From Candidatus Kerfeldbacteria bacterium (GTDB lineage Bacteria; Patescibacteriota; Patescibacteriia; UBA9570; XYC2-FULL-38-9): DNA of 64,000 bases. Below, piece after piece: positions 9,385 to 19,961 of this stretch (within the stretch, counting starts at the first letter, position 1; every line of letters starts with the position of its first letter). A program made the position numbers and the translations under genes. The DNA lies in assembly GCA_043813585.1 (NCBI GenBank), contig JBDRKW010000020.1, forward strand, positions 265,034 to 329,033. The letters run 5' to 3'. The notes under the pieces were generated by a model. That model was not told the origin of the DNA and made no database searches. It worked only from the letters and a program-made list of their open reading frames with translations.

Positions 9385-10830
9385 TCAATAGTGGGTCCAC
9401 ACCAAAGTGCCAATATCAGCCCAATTATAAAGGAATTTTGCGTCATTATAGCGCATGTTGACGCAACCATGGCTCATTGGGTGGCCGAAATTATTATGCC
9501 AATAAGCAGAATGCAGATAGAACCGCATTCCATTGCCGGCTGTGGCAAAGGCAAGGTTATACGGCGTATTCGGCAGGTAGTAACCCGGGCCTGAATACAA
9601 ATGGTTTAAGATCTTGTTAAATACGGAAAATTCGCCGACAGGAGTTGGCGTGCCCGGCAAACCTGAAGAAATAAGGAAAACATTGCGCAGGTACCCGTCC
9701 TCCCACACATATTCGATCTGTTCAGTAAGGTTCACTTCAATGTAACGCGCCGGCCGCTCCGGATCCGCTTTGGGATGCTGGAGGCCCGGACTGATAATAA
9801 TCTCCGGTGTTTGATCTTTGTCTATAGATGCAACGGAAATATTCATTCCGCCGCGGAAACCTTCTTCAAATAAATATTGCGAATCCACGTCAAGCGGGGT
9901 CCCGTCGCCCCTGAAATATTTTACCTCTGCCTGCTGGTCCCCTGCCGGAACGACCGCGATCTCCTCTGTACCGTCGCCATCAGCGTCGATTGCTGCCATC
10001 TCAACGCCGCTCCGGAATTCGCGCGACCATGCCTGGAATTCCGCCAGCACGGGGTACTCGCGATTTGCGTCAATGCGGTAACCCTTAATCCAGGTTTGCC
10101 CCCCGTTATCAAAACCAACATACAGGTCGCTATGCTCGCCGCCGCCTGTGTTTATGGCCGCCGCAATCAAGCCATAGGTATCTGTTTCTGAAAACGGCGA
10201 AATATCCGGTGCCTGCATAACCCCGTTGCTGTCCAGAATGCGCACCAGAGGAAACAATCCGCCAACGGTTGCTGCAATAATTTCCTCTTCCGGGCCGTTT
10301 AATACATTTCCAACTGCAATGGCAGTGCCAGCCGGAAACTCCGGAAACGCTTCAAACGTGCCGGCTGTATCCGTATCTTCCTGTAGCATCCCATCCAGGA
10401 TCCATACTTTTGATGAAGCGCCGTCCGGAACTGAAACGATTATCTCGTCTTCACCGTCACCGTCCACGTCGCCGCATTCGACATCAAGATAGGTCCAGTC
10501 GTTTGTTCCGTGGAAAATTGCCGTTTGCGATATGAGTGAATGGTCGCCCCTGAACACTTTAATAATGCCCAGCGCATCCGGTCCGCCGGCCTGCGCAACA
10601 ACGATTTCGTTAATGCCATCGCCGCCGACATCACCGACCGCAACATCAACGCCGCCCTGATAGGACTCGTCGAATGCCAGCCATGAATCCTGAACCTCGC
10701 GCGTTTCAAAATCAATCACCTGGATCTCCGGCGCGCGGTTCGGCACGGCTGCGGCAGAAAATGGAACACACAGGAAGATAACCGGCACCCACCAGAACAC
10801 GGTTCGCAGATATGGTCGTTGTTCGGACAT
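9385..10830 (-). CDS. L,D-transpeptidase (YkuD) with FG-GAP/VCBS-like repeats
   Basis: Signal peptide; repeats GGV.VA.GD..GDG..EI; C-terminal IEVNLTEQ...ISSG...TP.G...HSAYWHNNFGHPMSHGCVN. Confidence 0.88.
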   Translation of the reverse strand: MSEQRPYLRTVFWWVPVIFLCVPFSAAAVPNRAPEIQVIDFETREVQDSWLAFDESYQGGVDVAVGDVGGDGINEIVVAQAGGPDALGIIKVFRGDHSLISQTAIFHGTNDWTYLDVECGDVDGDGEDEIIVSVPDGASSKVWILDGMLQEDTDTAGTFEAFPEFPAGTAIAVGNVLNGPEEEIIAATVGGLFPLVRILDSNGVMQAPDISPFSETDTYGLIAAAINTGGGEHSDLYVGFDNGGQTWIKGYRIDANREYPVLAEFQAWSREFRSGVEMAAIDADGDGTEEIAVVPAGDQQAEVKYFRGDGTPLDVDSQYLFEEGFRGGMNISVASIDKDQTPEIIISPGLQHPKADPERPARYIEVNLTEQIEYVWEDGYLRNVFLISSGLPGTPTPVGEFSVFNKILNHLYSGPGYYLPNTPYNLAFATAGNGMRFYLHSAYWHNNFGHPMSHGCVNMRYNDAKFLYNWADIGTLVWTHY

Positions 10831-10929
10831 ATTATAGTTATGCCGCTTATCCCTCCCGCACAGCTTTTCTCGCTCAACTTTGAGAATTTCGCTCCTAAAA
10901 GCTGCGCTCGCGGGATTCGCTACATTACG

Positions 10930-12387
10930 TTATTCGTGGACAATGACCTTGTCGCCGACATCGGCCCAGTCATAGATCCATTGGGAGTTTTCCAGATTGA
11001 CGTTGATGCAGCCGTGGCTCATGACATGTCCGAAGTTGTTGTGCCAATAGGCATAGTGAATATAGTGGTGTTGGCGAAACCGCAAATTGTTCACCACGCC
11101 AGGCAGGTCATAATTGTCCGGGTGGCCCGGTCCGTACGTCCATTCATAATCATGCACCGGCAATTTAGCGAGCACCTCGGTTTCCCCGGTCGGCGTCGCG
11201 TACCGCGCAACTCCGGTAGACACATAAAATTCTTTTTCTTTCACACCGTTCCGGTAGGCCCGTAAAATCTGTTCGGACAAATCCACATCAATATATTTGA
11301 AAATGTCCGTCCTGCCTTCCACGATTTTCTTTTGCGGTATAGTGACTATTTCAATCTTTGCGTCTGCATCCACATTTCCCGCTGTAACCGATACGCCGCC
11401 CCGAAAATCTTCCTCATACGCAAGAAAGCCAGGATTATAAAGCTTTCCCTTCTTCCCCTTAAAGATACGAATGTGCGGTCCGCCGGACTGCCGAGGCGCA
11501 GTAATAATTTCATCAATACCGTCCATATCAACATCCGCACTCGCTAGGTTTACGCCGCCTCTGAAGTTAGCGTCATACGCCAGGAACTCGCTGATGATCG
11601 TATCATTCGCATCTGCCTTGTACACCTTGATGCGCGGCTCGCCAAACGAATGGATGGCCGTCACAACCTCTTCATCCTTCCCGCCATCAACATTCGCGGT
11701 CGCAACTGAAACGCCGCCCCGGTCTGTATCGGCAAACGGAAAAAAATCGATACCAATATAATTTCCATATTTATCAAAGACACGAACATGGGGTCCGCCG
11801 CCGGGCCCGGCGCCGGTGATAATATCTGCGCTCCCGCGTCCGTCAACATTCCCAACTGCAACATTTACGCCGCCGCGGAAATGTTCATCATATGCAAAGA
11901 ACCCCGGGGTAAATTTCTCTTTCCCTTTCATGTTAAACACGCGCACCTGCGGTCCGCCGCCGCGCCCTGCTCCAACAACAATCTCATCTTTACCATCGCC
12001 ATTCAGGTCGCCTGCAGCAACATTGACGCCCACGCGGACATTATCGCCAAATGCCAAAAATTCGGAGACTTTCGCACCGCCAGGCGTGAATACGGTGACG
12101 GTCGGGCTTGATCCCGGCCCGGCGCCGACGATAACTTCATCTTTTCCGTCGCCGTTGAAGTCTCCGGTTGCGACCGTCCCCCCATTTTCGTTTGCCTCAT
12201 CAAACGCCAGAAACGATTCCTGCTGGCTGGCGACAGTTCCTTTGTTTTGCATTTCAAAAACGCGGACTTCCGGCTGGCGGTAATCCGCGGCGTGCACTGG
12301 CTGTGCGGTAACTGCAACAAACGCAGCAAGTGCGCAGATGCCACCGCCAACAAACAGCACAGGTCTAAAATTACGATGCCTTATCAT
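10930..12387 (-). CDS. L,D-transpeptidase (YkuD) with FG-GAP/VCBS-like repeats (paralog)
   Basis: About six F.AY...FRGGVNVA.GD..GDG.DEI..GAG.GGGP.VRVF repeats; HYAYWHNNFGHVMSHGCIN catalytic motif. Confidence 0.9.
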   Translation of the reverse strand: MIRHRNFRPVLFVGGGICALAAFVAVTAQPVHAADYRQPEVRVFEMQNKGTVASQQESFLAFDEANENGGTVATGDFNGDGKDEVIVGAGPGSSPTVTVFTPGGAKVSEFLAFGDNVRVGVNVAAGDLNGDGKDEIVVGAGRGGGPQVRVFNMKGKEKFTPGFFAYDEHFRGGVNVAVGNVDGRGSADIITGAGPGGGPHVRVFDKYGNYIGIDFFPFADTDRGGVSVATANVDGGKDEEVVTAIHSFGEPRIKVYKADANDTIISEFLAYDANFRGGVNLASADVDMDGIDEIITAPRQSGGPHIRIFKGKKGKLYNPGFLAYEEDFRGGVSVTAGNVDADAKIEIVTIPQKKIVEGRTDIFKYIDVDLSEQILRAYRNGVKEKEFYVSTGVARYATPTGETEVLAKLPVHDYEWTYGPGHPDNYDLPGVVNNLRFRQHHYIHYAYWHNNFGHVMSHGCINVNLENSQWIYDWADVGDKVIVHE

Positions 12388-12420
12388 TTGACAACGCTAT
12401 TATATGGATTAACTAAATGT

Positions 12421-12449
12421 ATTATAACATTTCCGGAACGCCCGGTCAA
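12421..12449 (-). promoter_or_regulatory. Sigma70 promoter TTGACC-N17-TATAAT
   Basis: Minus strand reads ttgacc gggcgttccggaaatgt tataat, upstream of the LDT pair. Confidence 0.7.
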
Positions 12450-12457
12450 CAACCGAC

Positions 12458-15235
12458 CTACGCCCCGTGGCATTTCTTATACTTCTTCCCCGATCCGCAC
12501 GGACACGGATCGTTGCGTCCGATCTTTTTTCCGTCAACGCTCTTTTTTTGCGAAACGAATGGCTGCTTCTGCTCCTGTTTTTCCTGGCCCTGTTGCGGCC
12601 GCTGTTCCGTCATCTCTTTCTGTGGAGCAATGTAATTGACATGTTCGCCATGCATGCGCCGATCTGCCACCATTCTCGCGTCGCGCAACTTATAAATATT
12701 ATAAACAACCTGCTTCTGAATATTATCGAGTAACTCCTGGAACATCTGATAAGACTCGCGCTTATATTCAACCAGCGGATCACGCTGGCCATAGCCGCGC
12801 AGCCCGATGGAATCACGGAGGAATGACATCTGGTCCAAGTGCTCAATCCAAAGCGTATCGATGGCGCGGAGCGTAAATCCTTTTTCCACCCGGTGGCTCA
12901 GCTCTTCGTCTCCGATCTCGTCGATCATCTTCTTGTACGCCTGCTGCGCCTGCTCCTGGAAGTAATCAATCATCTTCGTCCGCGCCTCCGCATGCTCCAG
13001 CTTCCCGTCGCCCTTGTCCGCAAGCTGATTAACGGCAACCATGCACGCCTGTTCGGTCATCGGGAAAATCGTCTTCATGACCTCGCACACCTCTTTCATG
13101 TCCCATGCCTCGGATTCTTCCTGGTTGGTATGGAACGAAACAACATGCTCTATCTCGCCTTCAATCATCTCTGAAATAGTTGCGCGCAATTTTTCCGGCT
13201 CATCGTCAAGAATCGAATTCCTCCGGCGGTAGATCGTTTCACGATGTTTATTGATAACATCGTCATATTCCAGAAGGTGCTTGCGAATATCAAAGTTCCG
13301 CGACTCCACCTTGGATTGCGCCGATTCAATCGATCGCGATACCATCTTGTTCTCGATAGGCATGTCGTCCGGCACGCCGAGCTTTCCCATAAACGACTTC
13401 ATCCGGTCGGAACCGAAAATGCGCATGAGTTCGTCATCCATGGACACGAAGAACTGGCTTGTTCCGGGATCGCCCTGGCGTCCGGTTCGCCCACGCAGCT
13501 GGTTGTCGATGCGGCGGGCTTCATGGCGTTCTGTGCCGATAACGGCCAGGCCTCCCAATTCTATCACCTTACGCGCCTCCTCAATACTGGGCGGATTGCC
13601 GCCGAGAATGATGTCAACGCCGCGGCCGGCCATATTGGTTGCCACCGTCACTGCTCCGAGCCTGCCCGCTTGCGCAATGACCTCTGCCTCTCTCTCATGC
13701 TGTTTTGCGTTCAATACGTTATGGGGGATTCCGCTGGCTGTCAACATTTGACTGAACAGTTCATTCTGTTCAATGGATATCGTGCCGACCAGCACCGGCT
13801 GCCCCTTGTCATGCAGCTCTTTGATCTGGTTGATAACCGCCTGGAACTTGCCCTGCAGATTTTTGTACACGCGGTCGGAGTAATCCGTTCGCTGCAGATC
13901 CCGATTGGTGGGAATGACCACAACGTCCAACCCGTAAATCTTGAAAAATTCCTCTGCCTCTGTTTCCGCCGTACCGGTCATGCCGCTTAATTTTTTGTAC
14001 ATGCGGAAATAATTCTGAAGTGTAATGGTTGCAAGCGTCTGTGATTCCTGCTTGATTTTTAATCCTTCTTTTGCCTCAATTGCCTGGTGCAGCCCTTCTG
14101 AATATCGCCGTCCGTGCATCAGGCGGCCTGTAAACTCATCAACGATCAACACTTCGTCTTCCTTTACGACGTAATCCTTCTCGCGCGTGAACAAACAGCG
14201 CGCTTTCAATGCCTGTTCAATATGATGAACCGTGCGCAGTCCGCCGGCCGTATAGATATTTTCAACGTTCAGCGCCTTCTCTAGTTTTTCGATCCCCTGC
14301 TCAGAGAGCGACACGGACTTCATTTTCTCGTCCACGTTGAAATCCTCGTTTTCCGTAAGCGCAGAAACAAGCTGTGAAAACTGGTAGTATTGGTCAGTCG
14401 CCTCTGCTGCCGGCGCAGAAATAATAAGCGGCGTCCTTGCTTCGTCAATTAATATGGAATCGACTTCATCAATGATAGCGAAAAACAGCTGGCGCTGAAC
14501 CCGGTCTTCCGTATTCTGCACCATATTGTCGCGCAGATAGTCAAACCCGAATTCGTTGTTCGTGCCAAAGGTGATATCGGCCTGGTACGCTTCACGGCGC
14601 GACGCTTCGCGCAGGTGGTCCATGTCGGCGACGATGAGCGACTCATTTCCCCCGCCTTCTGTTGACGGCTCGCCCTTCTCTTCATCCTGACGTTCGTCCA
14701 CGTCTTTCGGCCGGCGAACTTTCTTGATATCCGCATCATAAATAAACGCTGCCTGGTTTTGGATGCACGAAACGGTCAAACCCAAAAAATAATAGACCTG
14801 GCCCATCCAGTCCGCATCGCGGCGGGCGAGGTAATCATTCACCGTCACCACATGAACGCCTTTTCCCTCAAGTGCATTCAGGTACGCGGCGGTTGTTGCC
14901 GCCAGCGTCTTGCCTTCACCAGTGCGCATCTCCGAAATTTTGCCCCGGTGCAGCGCAAAACCGCCCATGATTTGAACATCATAATGCCGCTGCCCCAGCG
15001 TTCTCCATGCCGCCTCCCTGACAACCGCAAACGCCTCATGCGCAATATCATCAGGTGAAGCGCCGTTTTTCAGCTTCTCCTTAAACTCTGCTGTTTTTGA
15101 AGACAACGACTCGTCAGAAAGAGATTTTACCGAATCCTCCAGAGCATTGACCTTTTCTACGTCAGCCTGGATTTCCTTCAATTTCTTCTTATTTTGATCG
15201 CCAAATAATTTTTCGACGAATTTAATTGTAGCCAT
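12458..15235 (-). CDS. secA: Preprotein translocase ATPase SecA
   Basis: [61 protein letters not shown]-terminal [19 protein letters not shown]; start set at ATG 15235. Confidence 0.98.
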   Translation of the reverse strand: MATIKFVEKLFGDQNKKKLKEIQADVEKVNALEDSVKSLSDESLSSKTAEFKEKLKNGASPDDIAHEAFAVVREAAWRTLGQRHYDVQIMGGFALHRGKISEMRTGEGKTLAATTAAYLNALEGKGVHVVTVNDYLARRDADWMGQVYYFLGLTVSCIQNQAAFIYDADIKKVRRPKDVDERQDEEKGEPSTEGGGNESLIVADMDHLREASRREAYQADITFGTNNEFGFDYLRDNMVQNTEDRVQRQLFFAIIDEVDSILIDEARTPLIISAPAAEATDQYYQFSQLVSALTENEDFNVDEKMKSVSLSEQGIEKLEKALNVENIYTAGGLRTVHHIEQALKARCLFTREKDYVVKEDEVLIVDEFTGRLMHGRRYSEGLHQAIEAKEGLKIKQESQTLATITLQNYFRMYKKLSGMTGTAETEAEEFFKIYGLDVVVIPTNRDLQRTDYSDRVYKNLQGKFQAVINQIKELHDKGQPVLVGTISIEQNELFSQMLTASGIPHNVLNAKQHEREAEVIAQAGRLGAVTVATNMAGRGVDIILGGNPPSIEEARKVIELGGLAVIGTERHEARRIDNQLRGRTGRQGDPGTSQFFVSMDDELMRIFGSDRMKSFMGKLGVPDDMPIENKMVSRSIESAQSKVESRNFDIRKHLLEYDDVINKHRETIYRRRNSILDDEPEKLRATISEMIEGEIEHVVSFHTNQEESEAWDMKEVCEVMKTIFPMTEQACMVAVNQLADKGDGKLEHAEARTKMIDYFQEQAQQAYKKMIDEIGDEELSHRVEKGFTLRAIDTLWIEHLDQMSFLRDSIGLRGYGQRDPLVEYKRESYQMFQELLDNIQKQVVYNIYKLRDARMVADRRMHGEHVNYIAPQKEMTEQRPQQGQEKQEQKQPFVSQKKSVDGKKIGRNDPCPCGSGKKYKKCHGA

Positions 15236-15254
15236 ACGTTCGTACTCTAGTGCT

Positions 15255-16247
15255 TCAGACAAAAACCGTCAACCGCGGTTCAAGCGCCAATTTTCGTATT
15301 TCCACATATTGCGGCGTAACACGCACTGACGCGAGCGAATCTTCATATATCCGGCCATTATTCATATCATCGCTGGTATACTCCGGATAGAAGCGAATCT
15401 CGTCATTTCTCCCGATTCTGGTATGAACTGCTGAACCTTTCTGACTAAGGTGGGTCATCTGGCCTTTGGTCAGGAAAAAACGCTCCGGCGCTCCATATGT
15501 GCCAATGCGATTGGGAAATGACAGCTCCAACTGCATGCCTTGTTGTACGCGATTCCGCGGTATAGTTGCTTTTGGATCAACGTCAAACCGTTCAACAGGC
15601 TCAGGATCCAAAATTAACATATCGTGCGAAAACAACAGAGGGTCAAACACGCGTACATGCGCCGGAATCCTGAAATGCTTGCCTTCATTCCGTATACTGA
15701 CATGAATCGGCTGGACTTCGCCAATCCATTCCGGCTCCCGTTCATACACGCGGTCCAGTTCTGACATCTTTTTCGCATACTGGAATTTCTCATTGAATTG
15801 CCGGACTGAATCAACTTCGCCTAACTGGAACATGTCCTGAAGACGCAACGAGCTCGAAGCTGAAAGCACAGCCGAATATAATTTATAGAGCACTGCTTCA
15901 TCAAACAGCGCAGCCAGCACGGCAAATTCCCTGTACGCCTGTGAAAGCGCTCCAACGTCACCGTCGCCGGTTTTAAACGCCGTTATTGTCTCTTCAGTTT
16001 GGGGGAAGACCCGAACGACATCGTTATACCCCATCCACTCGGCAACAACGCGAATAAAACGCGACCCGCCCTTTTCCATGCTTTGATTCAGCCACTGAAC
16101 AGTCTTATAGACAGACGGATCCGCTACAGTGCGAATGAACTCGTCCGCGCTTTCCGGATCGAGCGGTTCGGGAACGCCGCAGAGCCACGAAACAAGCCGG
16201 CACTTTGCCGCATCAAGAGAATCTGATTGTAATTGGCTGGTATGCAT
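15255..16247 (-). CDS. Hypothetical protein
   Basis: 330-aa ORF filling the hpf-secA gap, preceded by AAGGAGG; no motif recognised. Confidence 0.65.
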   Translation of the reverse strand: MHTSQLQSDSLDAAKCRLVSWLCGVPEPLDPESADEFIRTVADPSVYKTVQWLNQSMEKGGSRFIRVVAEWMGYNDVVRVFPQTEETITAFKTGDGDVGALSQAYREFAVLAALFDEAVLYKLYSAVLSASSSLRLQDMFQLGEVDSVRQFNEKFQYAKKMSELDRVYEREPEWIGEVQPIHVSIRNEGKHFRIPAHVRVFDPLLFSHDMLILDPEPVERFDVDPKATIPRNRVQQGMQLELSFPNRIGTYGAPERFFLTKGQMTHLSQKGSAVHTRIGRNDEIRFYPEYTSDDMNNGRIYEDSLASVRVTPQYVEIRKLALEPRLTVFV

Positions 16248-16256
16248 CCTTCCTCC

Positions 16257-16628
16257 TTAGTCGCCCTGCTCTTTCCAAAATGTCAGTATTGATTTTAAAT
16301 TACGCGTATGCTTTCGCGCCTTCTTGTTTTTTGTCTCGAATTTCTCCTTGTACCTCCGGACCTGACGCTCCATCTCATCGCGACATACATCAATCGACGC
16401 ATACAAATCCTCCTGCGTCTGCTCGCACCGCAATAACTGGTTCGGTACCGAAACATTCATGCGCGTGTTGAACACATCTCCTTTTTTGTGATGCGTATTG
16501 CGCGACACCTCCACGTCAATCTCTATGATATTGTTGTAATACTTTGTAAGGCTTGCGGTCTTTTCCATGACGTACGACTTGATCGCATCGGTAAGATCCA
16601 TGTTCTTACCTGAAATATTGGTTGGCAT
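16257..16628 (-). CDS. hpf: Ribosome hibernation promoting factor (short HPF/RaiA)
   Basis: ISGKNMDLTDAIKSYV.EK...DLYASID...ERQVRRYKEK; start at ATG 16628 (alternative GTG 16652). Confidence 0.9.
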   Translation of the reverse strand: MPTNISGKNMDLTDAIKSYVMEKTASLTKYYNNIIEIDVEVSRNTHHKKGDVFNTRMNVSVPNQLLRCEQTQEDLYASIDVCRDEMERQVRRYKEKFETKNKKARKHTRNLKSILTFWKEQGD

Positions 16629-16697
16629 AGGAATACCATTAATAATTGGCACTCCTATTGTACCATATCTTGGCTGTTCGTAGTATTGAAAAAACAG

Positions 16698-17585
16698 TTA
16701 AAAACCGATGTATTCGATCTCTTCCTGGAGCTGCACGCCTTTCTTATCCCGAACCTGCTGTTTAACGTAGGAAATAAGCATTACAACGTCTTTTGCTGTT
16801 GCGTTTCCCGTATTGACAATGAAATTGGCATGCTTTTCAGACACTTTTGCCCCGCCCATCTGCTTCCCTTTCAAATCCAGCTCGTCGATCAATTGGCCGG
16901 CGCTTTTATCAGTCTGCCCAACCGGGTTTGCAAACGCACACCCGGCGCTCAACGCACCGATATCCTGCGTTTCTGTACGCATAGAAGCCAGCTCTTTTGT
17001 TGCTACCCTGATTTCATCCTGATTCCCTTTCTGGAGCTGGAACAGCGCATCAACAATAACATGCGGCTCCTTCTTAAATATACTGTTGCGGTACGAAAAC
17101 TGGCAGTCATTAACCGAAAGAACCCGCTCTTCTCCGTTTTGGGTGATCGCAGCAGCCTCAATCAATACATCTTTTATCTCATGGCCGCGCGCACCAAGAT
17201 TGGCCCAGACAGCTCCGCCCACGGTTGCCGGAACGCCAATGGCAAATTCCAAGCCGGTCAGCTCCCTCTGCATGCATTCTGTAATTAATTTTCCCATCTT
17301 CACGCCGGCTTCTGCGCGTACCTGCATTAGATTCTCATCGAATTCGATTGCATTCAATTCCAATTTTATCGCCAATCCTTTGAACCCATCATCCGAAATC
17401 AAAACATCAGAACCGCCGCCCAGGAGAAACCAATCAATATCATTTGCCCGGGCCTGGGCAAGCGCTTCCTTCAGTTCTGCACGAGTGTTCACAACAGCAA
17501 AATACTGCGCCGGACCGCCAATTTTAAATGTCGTGTACGGAGCGAGCTCTATCTGTTCCTGCATATTGGGCAATGAAAGCGCCAT
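16698..17585 (-). CDS. murB: UDP-N-acetylenolpyruvoylglucosamine reductase
   Basis: TTFKIGGPA, LGGGSD.L, GLEFA.G.P.TVGGA, FSYRNS, SAGC.F.NP, SEKHANFIVN. Confidence 0.96.
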   Translation of the reverse strand: MALSLPNMQEQIELAPYTTFKIGGPAQYFAVVNTRAELKEALAQARANDIDWFLLGGGSDVLISDDGFKGLAIKLELNAIEFDENLMQVRAEAGVKMGKLITECMQRELTGLEFAIGVPATVGGAVWANLGARGHEIKDVLIEAAAITQNGEERVLSVNDCQFSYRNSIFKKEPHVIVDALFQLQKGNQDEIRVATKELASMRTETQDIGALSAGCAFANPVGQTDKSAGQLIDELDLKGKQMGGAKVSEKHANFIVNTGNATAKDVVMLISYVKQQVRDKKGVQLQEEIEYIGF

Positions 17586-17587
17586 AT

Positions 17588-18940
17588 CTAATCTGTGAGT
17601 GATTGAGCGAGCAGATAAATATCGCCTGCTCCCATAATAAGAAGAATGTCCTTCTTTACTATAATATCATCAATTATTTCGCGTGTCGCTTCGGCGTTTG
17701 GCGAAAACGCAGCAAACATCCCCCGCTGCTCCAGCGCATCGCACAACTGTTTTGAGCTGATCTCAAGGCGTTCCTGTTCGCGTCCTGCGACATCGAATAT
17801 TTCCTGCACCACTGCATAATCCGCCCGGGCCAGTGCATCGGCAAACTGATCAAAGAACTTGATTGTGCGCGACCGCTGATGCGGTTGGAACACCACAACA
17901 ACCCTCCGCCCGGGATACAGCTGCCGAGCTGCGTCAATCGTCGACGCTACAGCAGTCGGGTGATGGGCATAATCCGAAACAACCGTGGCGCGCCTGTACT
18001 CGCCGAGTATCTCAAACCGCCGCCAAACGCCGGTGAATCCGGAAAGCGCCTGCCTGGTTGTATCTTCAGACAATTCCAAATGCTTGCCAAGCGCAATGCT
18101 CGGCAATGCATTCAATATATTAAACGTACCCGGGACGCGAAGTTCATACTGAGCACCGCCGGCTGTAAATGCCTGAACGCCGTCTCCGGCCTGAATTTGT
18201 TCTGCTTTAATATCAGCATCCTGTTCAATGCCGAATGTGATTCGCTTCGCCGGACTGGCCAGCGCGGCCGCCTCTTTATCATCGGCATTGGCAATAAGCA
18301 GGCCGCCCTCCGGAAGCTTCCCAACATATGACTGGAACGCGCTCCTGATATGATCCATATCCCTGTAGTAATCCAGGTGCTCTTCCTCGATATTGGTCAG
18401 CACAATCACGGTCGGAGAAAGTTCCAACATATGCTCCTGATGTTCGCATGCTTCAACAATAATCAGGTCGCGGCTGCCGGACCGCGCATTGCTTCCAAAT
18501 TCTTTTACTATGCTTCCCACAATAACCGTCGGATCCAGTCCTCCTGCAAGCAGCGTCTGCGCGAGCATGGCGGTGGTCGTCGTCTTCCCGTGGGTACCGG
18601 ACACGGCGATGCGCGTTGCAAACTGCATCATGTATTCGCCCAGTGCCTGGAAATAATTCATGGATGGAATGCCGAGCTCTGCCGCCTTCATCCGTTCGGG
18701 ATGGTCTTCCGGGACTGCGCCGGAATAAATAAAATAATCCATATTGTCTGTAATCCCGCTGCCATCCTGAATAAAATTAACTGCTATCCCAGCTTGCTTA
18801 AGCATTTCCGTGACCTTTGATTCGGCAATTTCAGATCCGCTGACTGCTGTTCCGCCGGCATGAAGAAGCTGCGCCAACGCAGAGGTACCGATTCCTCCGA
18901 TCCCTGAAAAATAGATTGTTTTAGCGTCCCGGAGCTTCAT
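17588..18940 (-). CDS. murC: UDP-N-acetylmuramate--L-alanine ligase
   Basis: GIGGIG.SALA, GTHGKTTTT, VEACE, TNIE.EHLD, DYAHHPT, FQPH, MGAGDI. Confidence 0.95.
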   Translation of the reverse strand: MKLRDAKTIYFSGIGGIGTSALAQLLHAGGTAVSGSEIAESKVTEMLKQAGIAVNFIQDGSGITDNMDYFIYSGAVPEDHPERMKAAELGIPSMNYFQALGEYMMQFATRIAVSGTHGKTTTTAMLAQTLLAGGLDPTVIVGSIVKEFGSNARSGSRDLIIVEACEHQEHMLELSPTVIVLTNIEEEHLDYYRDMDHIRSAFQSYVGKLPEGGLLIANADDKEAAALASPAKRITFGIEQDADIKAEQIQAGDGVQAFTAGGAQYELRVPGTFNILNALPSIALGKHLELSEDTTRQALSGFTGVWRRFEILGEYRRATVVSDYAHHPTAVASTIDAARQLYPGRRVVVVFQPHQRSRTIKFFDQFADALARADYAVVQEIFDVAGREQERLEISSKQLCDALEQRGMFAAFSPNAEATREIIDDIIVKKDILLIMGAGDIYLLAQSLTD

Positions 18941-19952
18941 GGATAATAGATGCAAATTGCTGAACAGCGTCCTGTTTATAGAACTCTTTAATGCGAGCCC
19001 GCAGTGTACGCATTTTTTCCGGATTATTCAAGAGCGCGTTAATCTCCCGTACTAAAGATTCGGGCGTAAGCTCTTTTTGCGAAAGCACCACGGCAGCGCT
19101 ATGTTGTTGCAGCAACACAGCGTTCGCTTCCTGATGCGTACCCGGCATCGGAATAATAATTGCCGGCTTCCCCAGCGCGGCCAGCTCTGAAATGGTGCCC
19201 AATCCGGCACGCGCTACGACCACGTCGGCTTTCGCAAACGCTTCTTTCATCTCTTCATGCAAATATTCATATCGATGGTAGCGGTCATGCTCAAACGGTT
19301 CGCCATCCCTGCCCGACCCGGTCATATGGATTACGTTCATGGTGTCGCACAATGCCGGCGATACCAGTGCGTTGATCGCCTTGGCTCCTGTTCCTCCCCC
19401 AAAAATGAATAGGGTCGGAACGGAACGATCAACTGCAAGGGTATCCGTCACGGGCGTAAGGTCGCGAACTGGGTTTCCAACCCAGCGCGCCTTCCCTTTT
19501 GCAAAATGCCTTAACGACTCTTCAAATGCCACGGTAATGGCTGACGCGCACGGAGACATCAATCTATTCGCAAGGCCGGGCTGGATGTCCTGCTGATGGA
19601 TAACGCTCGGGATGCGCTTGAACCATCCGGCCCATACGACGGGGACGGAAACAAAGCCGCCGGCAGATACAATAACGTCCGGCGCAATGCGCTTCACCAA
19701 CCGGCATGCGCGGATCAAAGAAATGATCATCTGAAATGGCACCGCGAAATGTCGAAACGAGAAATAGCGCCTCAATTTTGGCGCAGGCAACGCATAAAAC
19801 GGAATGGACAGCGCTTCCACTGAAATGCGCTCCGGACCGTTAGGCGTGCCGATAAACTGAATAGCATCTCCGCGCCGACGAAGCTCCGGAACAACCGCAA
19901 GCAGCGGGCTCACAGGCCCCATCGTTCCTCCGCCGGTTAACAGTATTTTCAT
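18921..19952 (-). CDS. murG: Lipid II GlcNAc transferase MurG
   Basis: TGGGTMG, GGFVSVP, HQQD..PGLAN, GNPVR, GGGTGA, RAG..TISE, HQ..NA. Confidence 0.95.
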   Translation of the reverse strand: MKILLTGGGTMGPVSPLLAVVPELRRRGDAIQFIGTPNGPERISVEALSIPFYALPAPKLRRYFSFRHFAVPFQMIISLIRACRLVKRIAPDVIVSAGGFVSVPVVWAGWFKRIPSVIHQQDIQPGLANRLMSPCASAITVAFEESLRHFAKGKARWVGNPVRDLTPVTDTLAVDRSVPTLFIFGGGTGAKAINALVSPALCDTMNVIHMTGSGRDGEPFEHDRYHRYEYLHEEMKEAFAKADVVVARAGLGTISELAALGKPAIIIPMPGTHQEANAVLLQQHSAAVVLSQKELTPESLVREINALLNNPEKMRTLRARIKEFYKQDAVQQFASIIHEAPGR

Positions 19953-19961
19953 ATTGAGCAA

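Noticed and set aside
11300-12220. Repeats suggestive of a CRISPR array or DGR template
   Set aside because: They are degenerate in-frame protein repeats within an LDT gene; no cas or reverse transcriptase gene is present.
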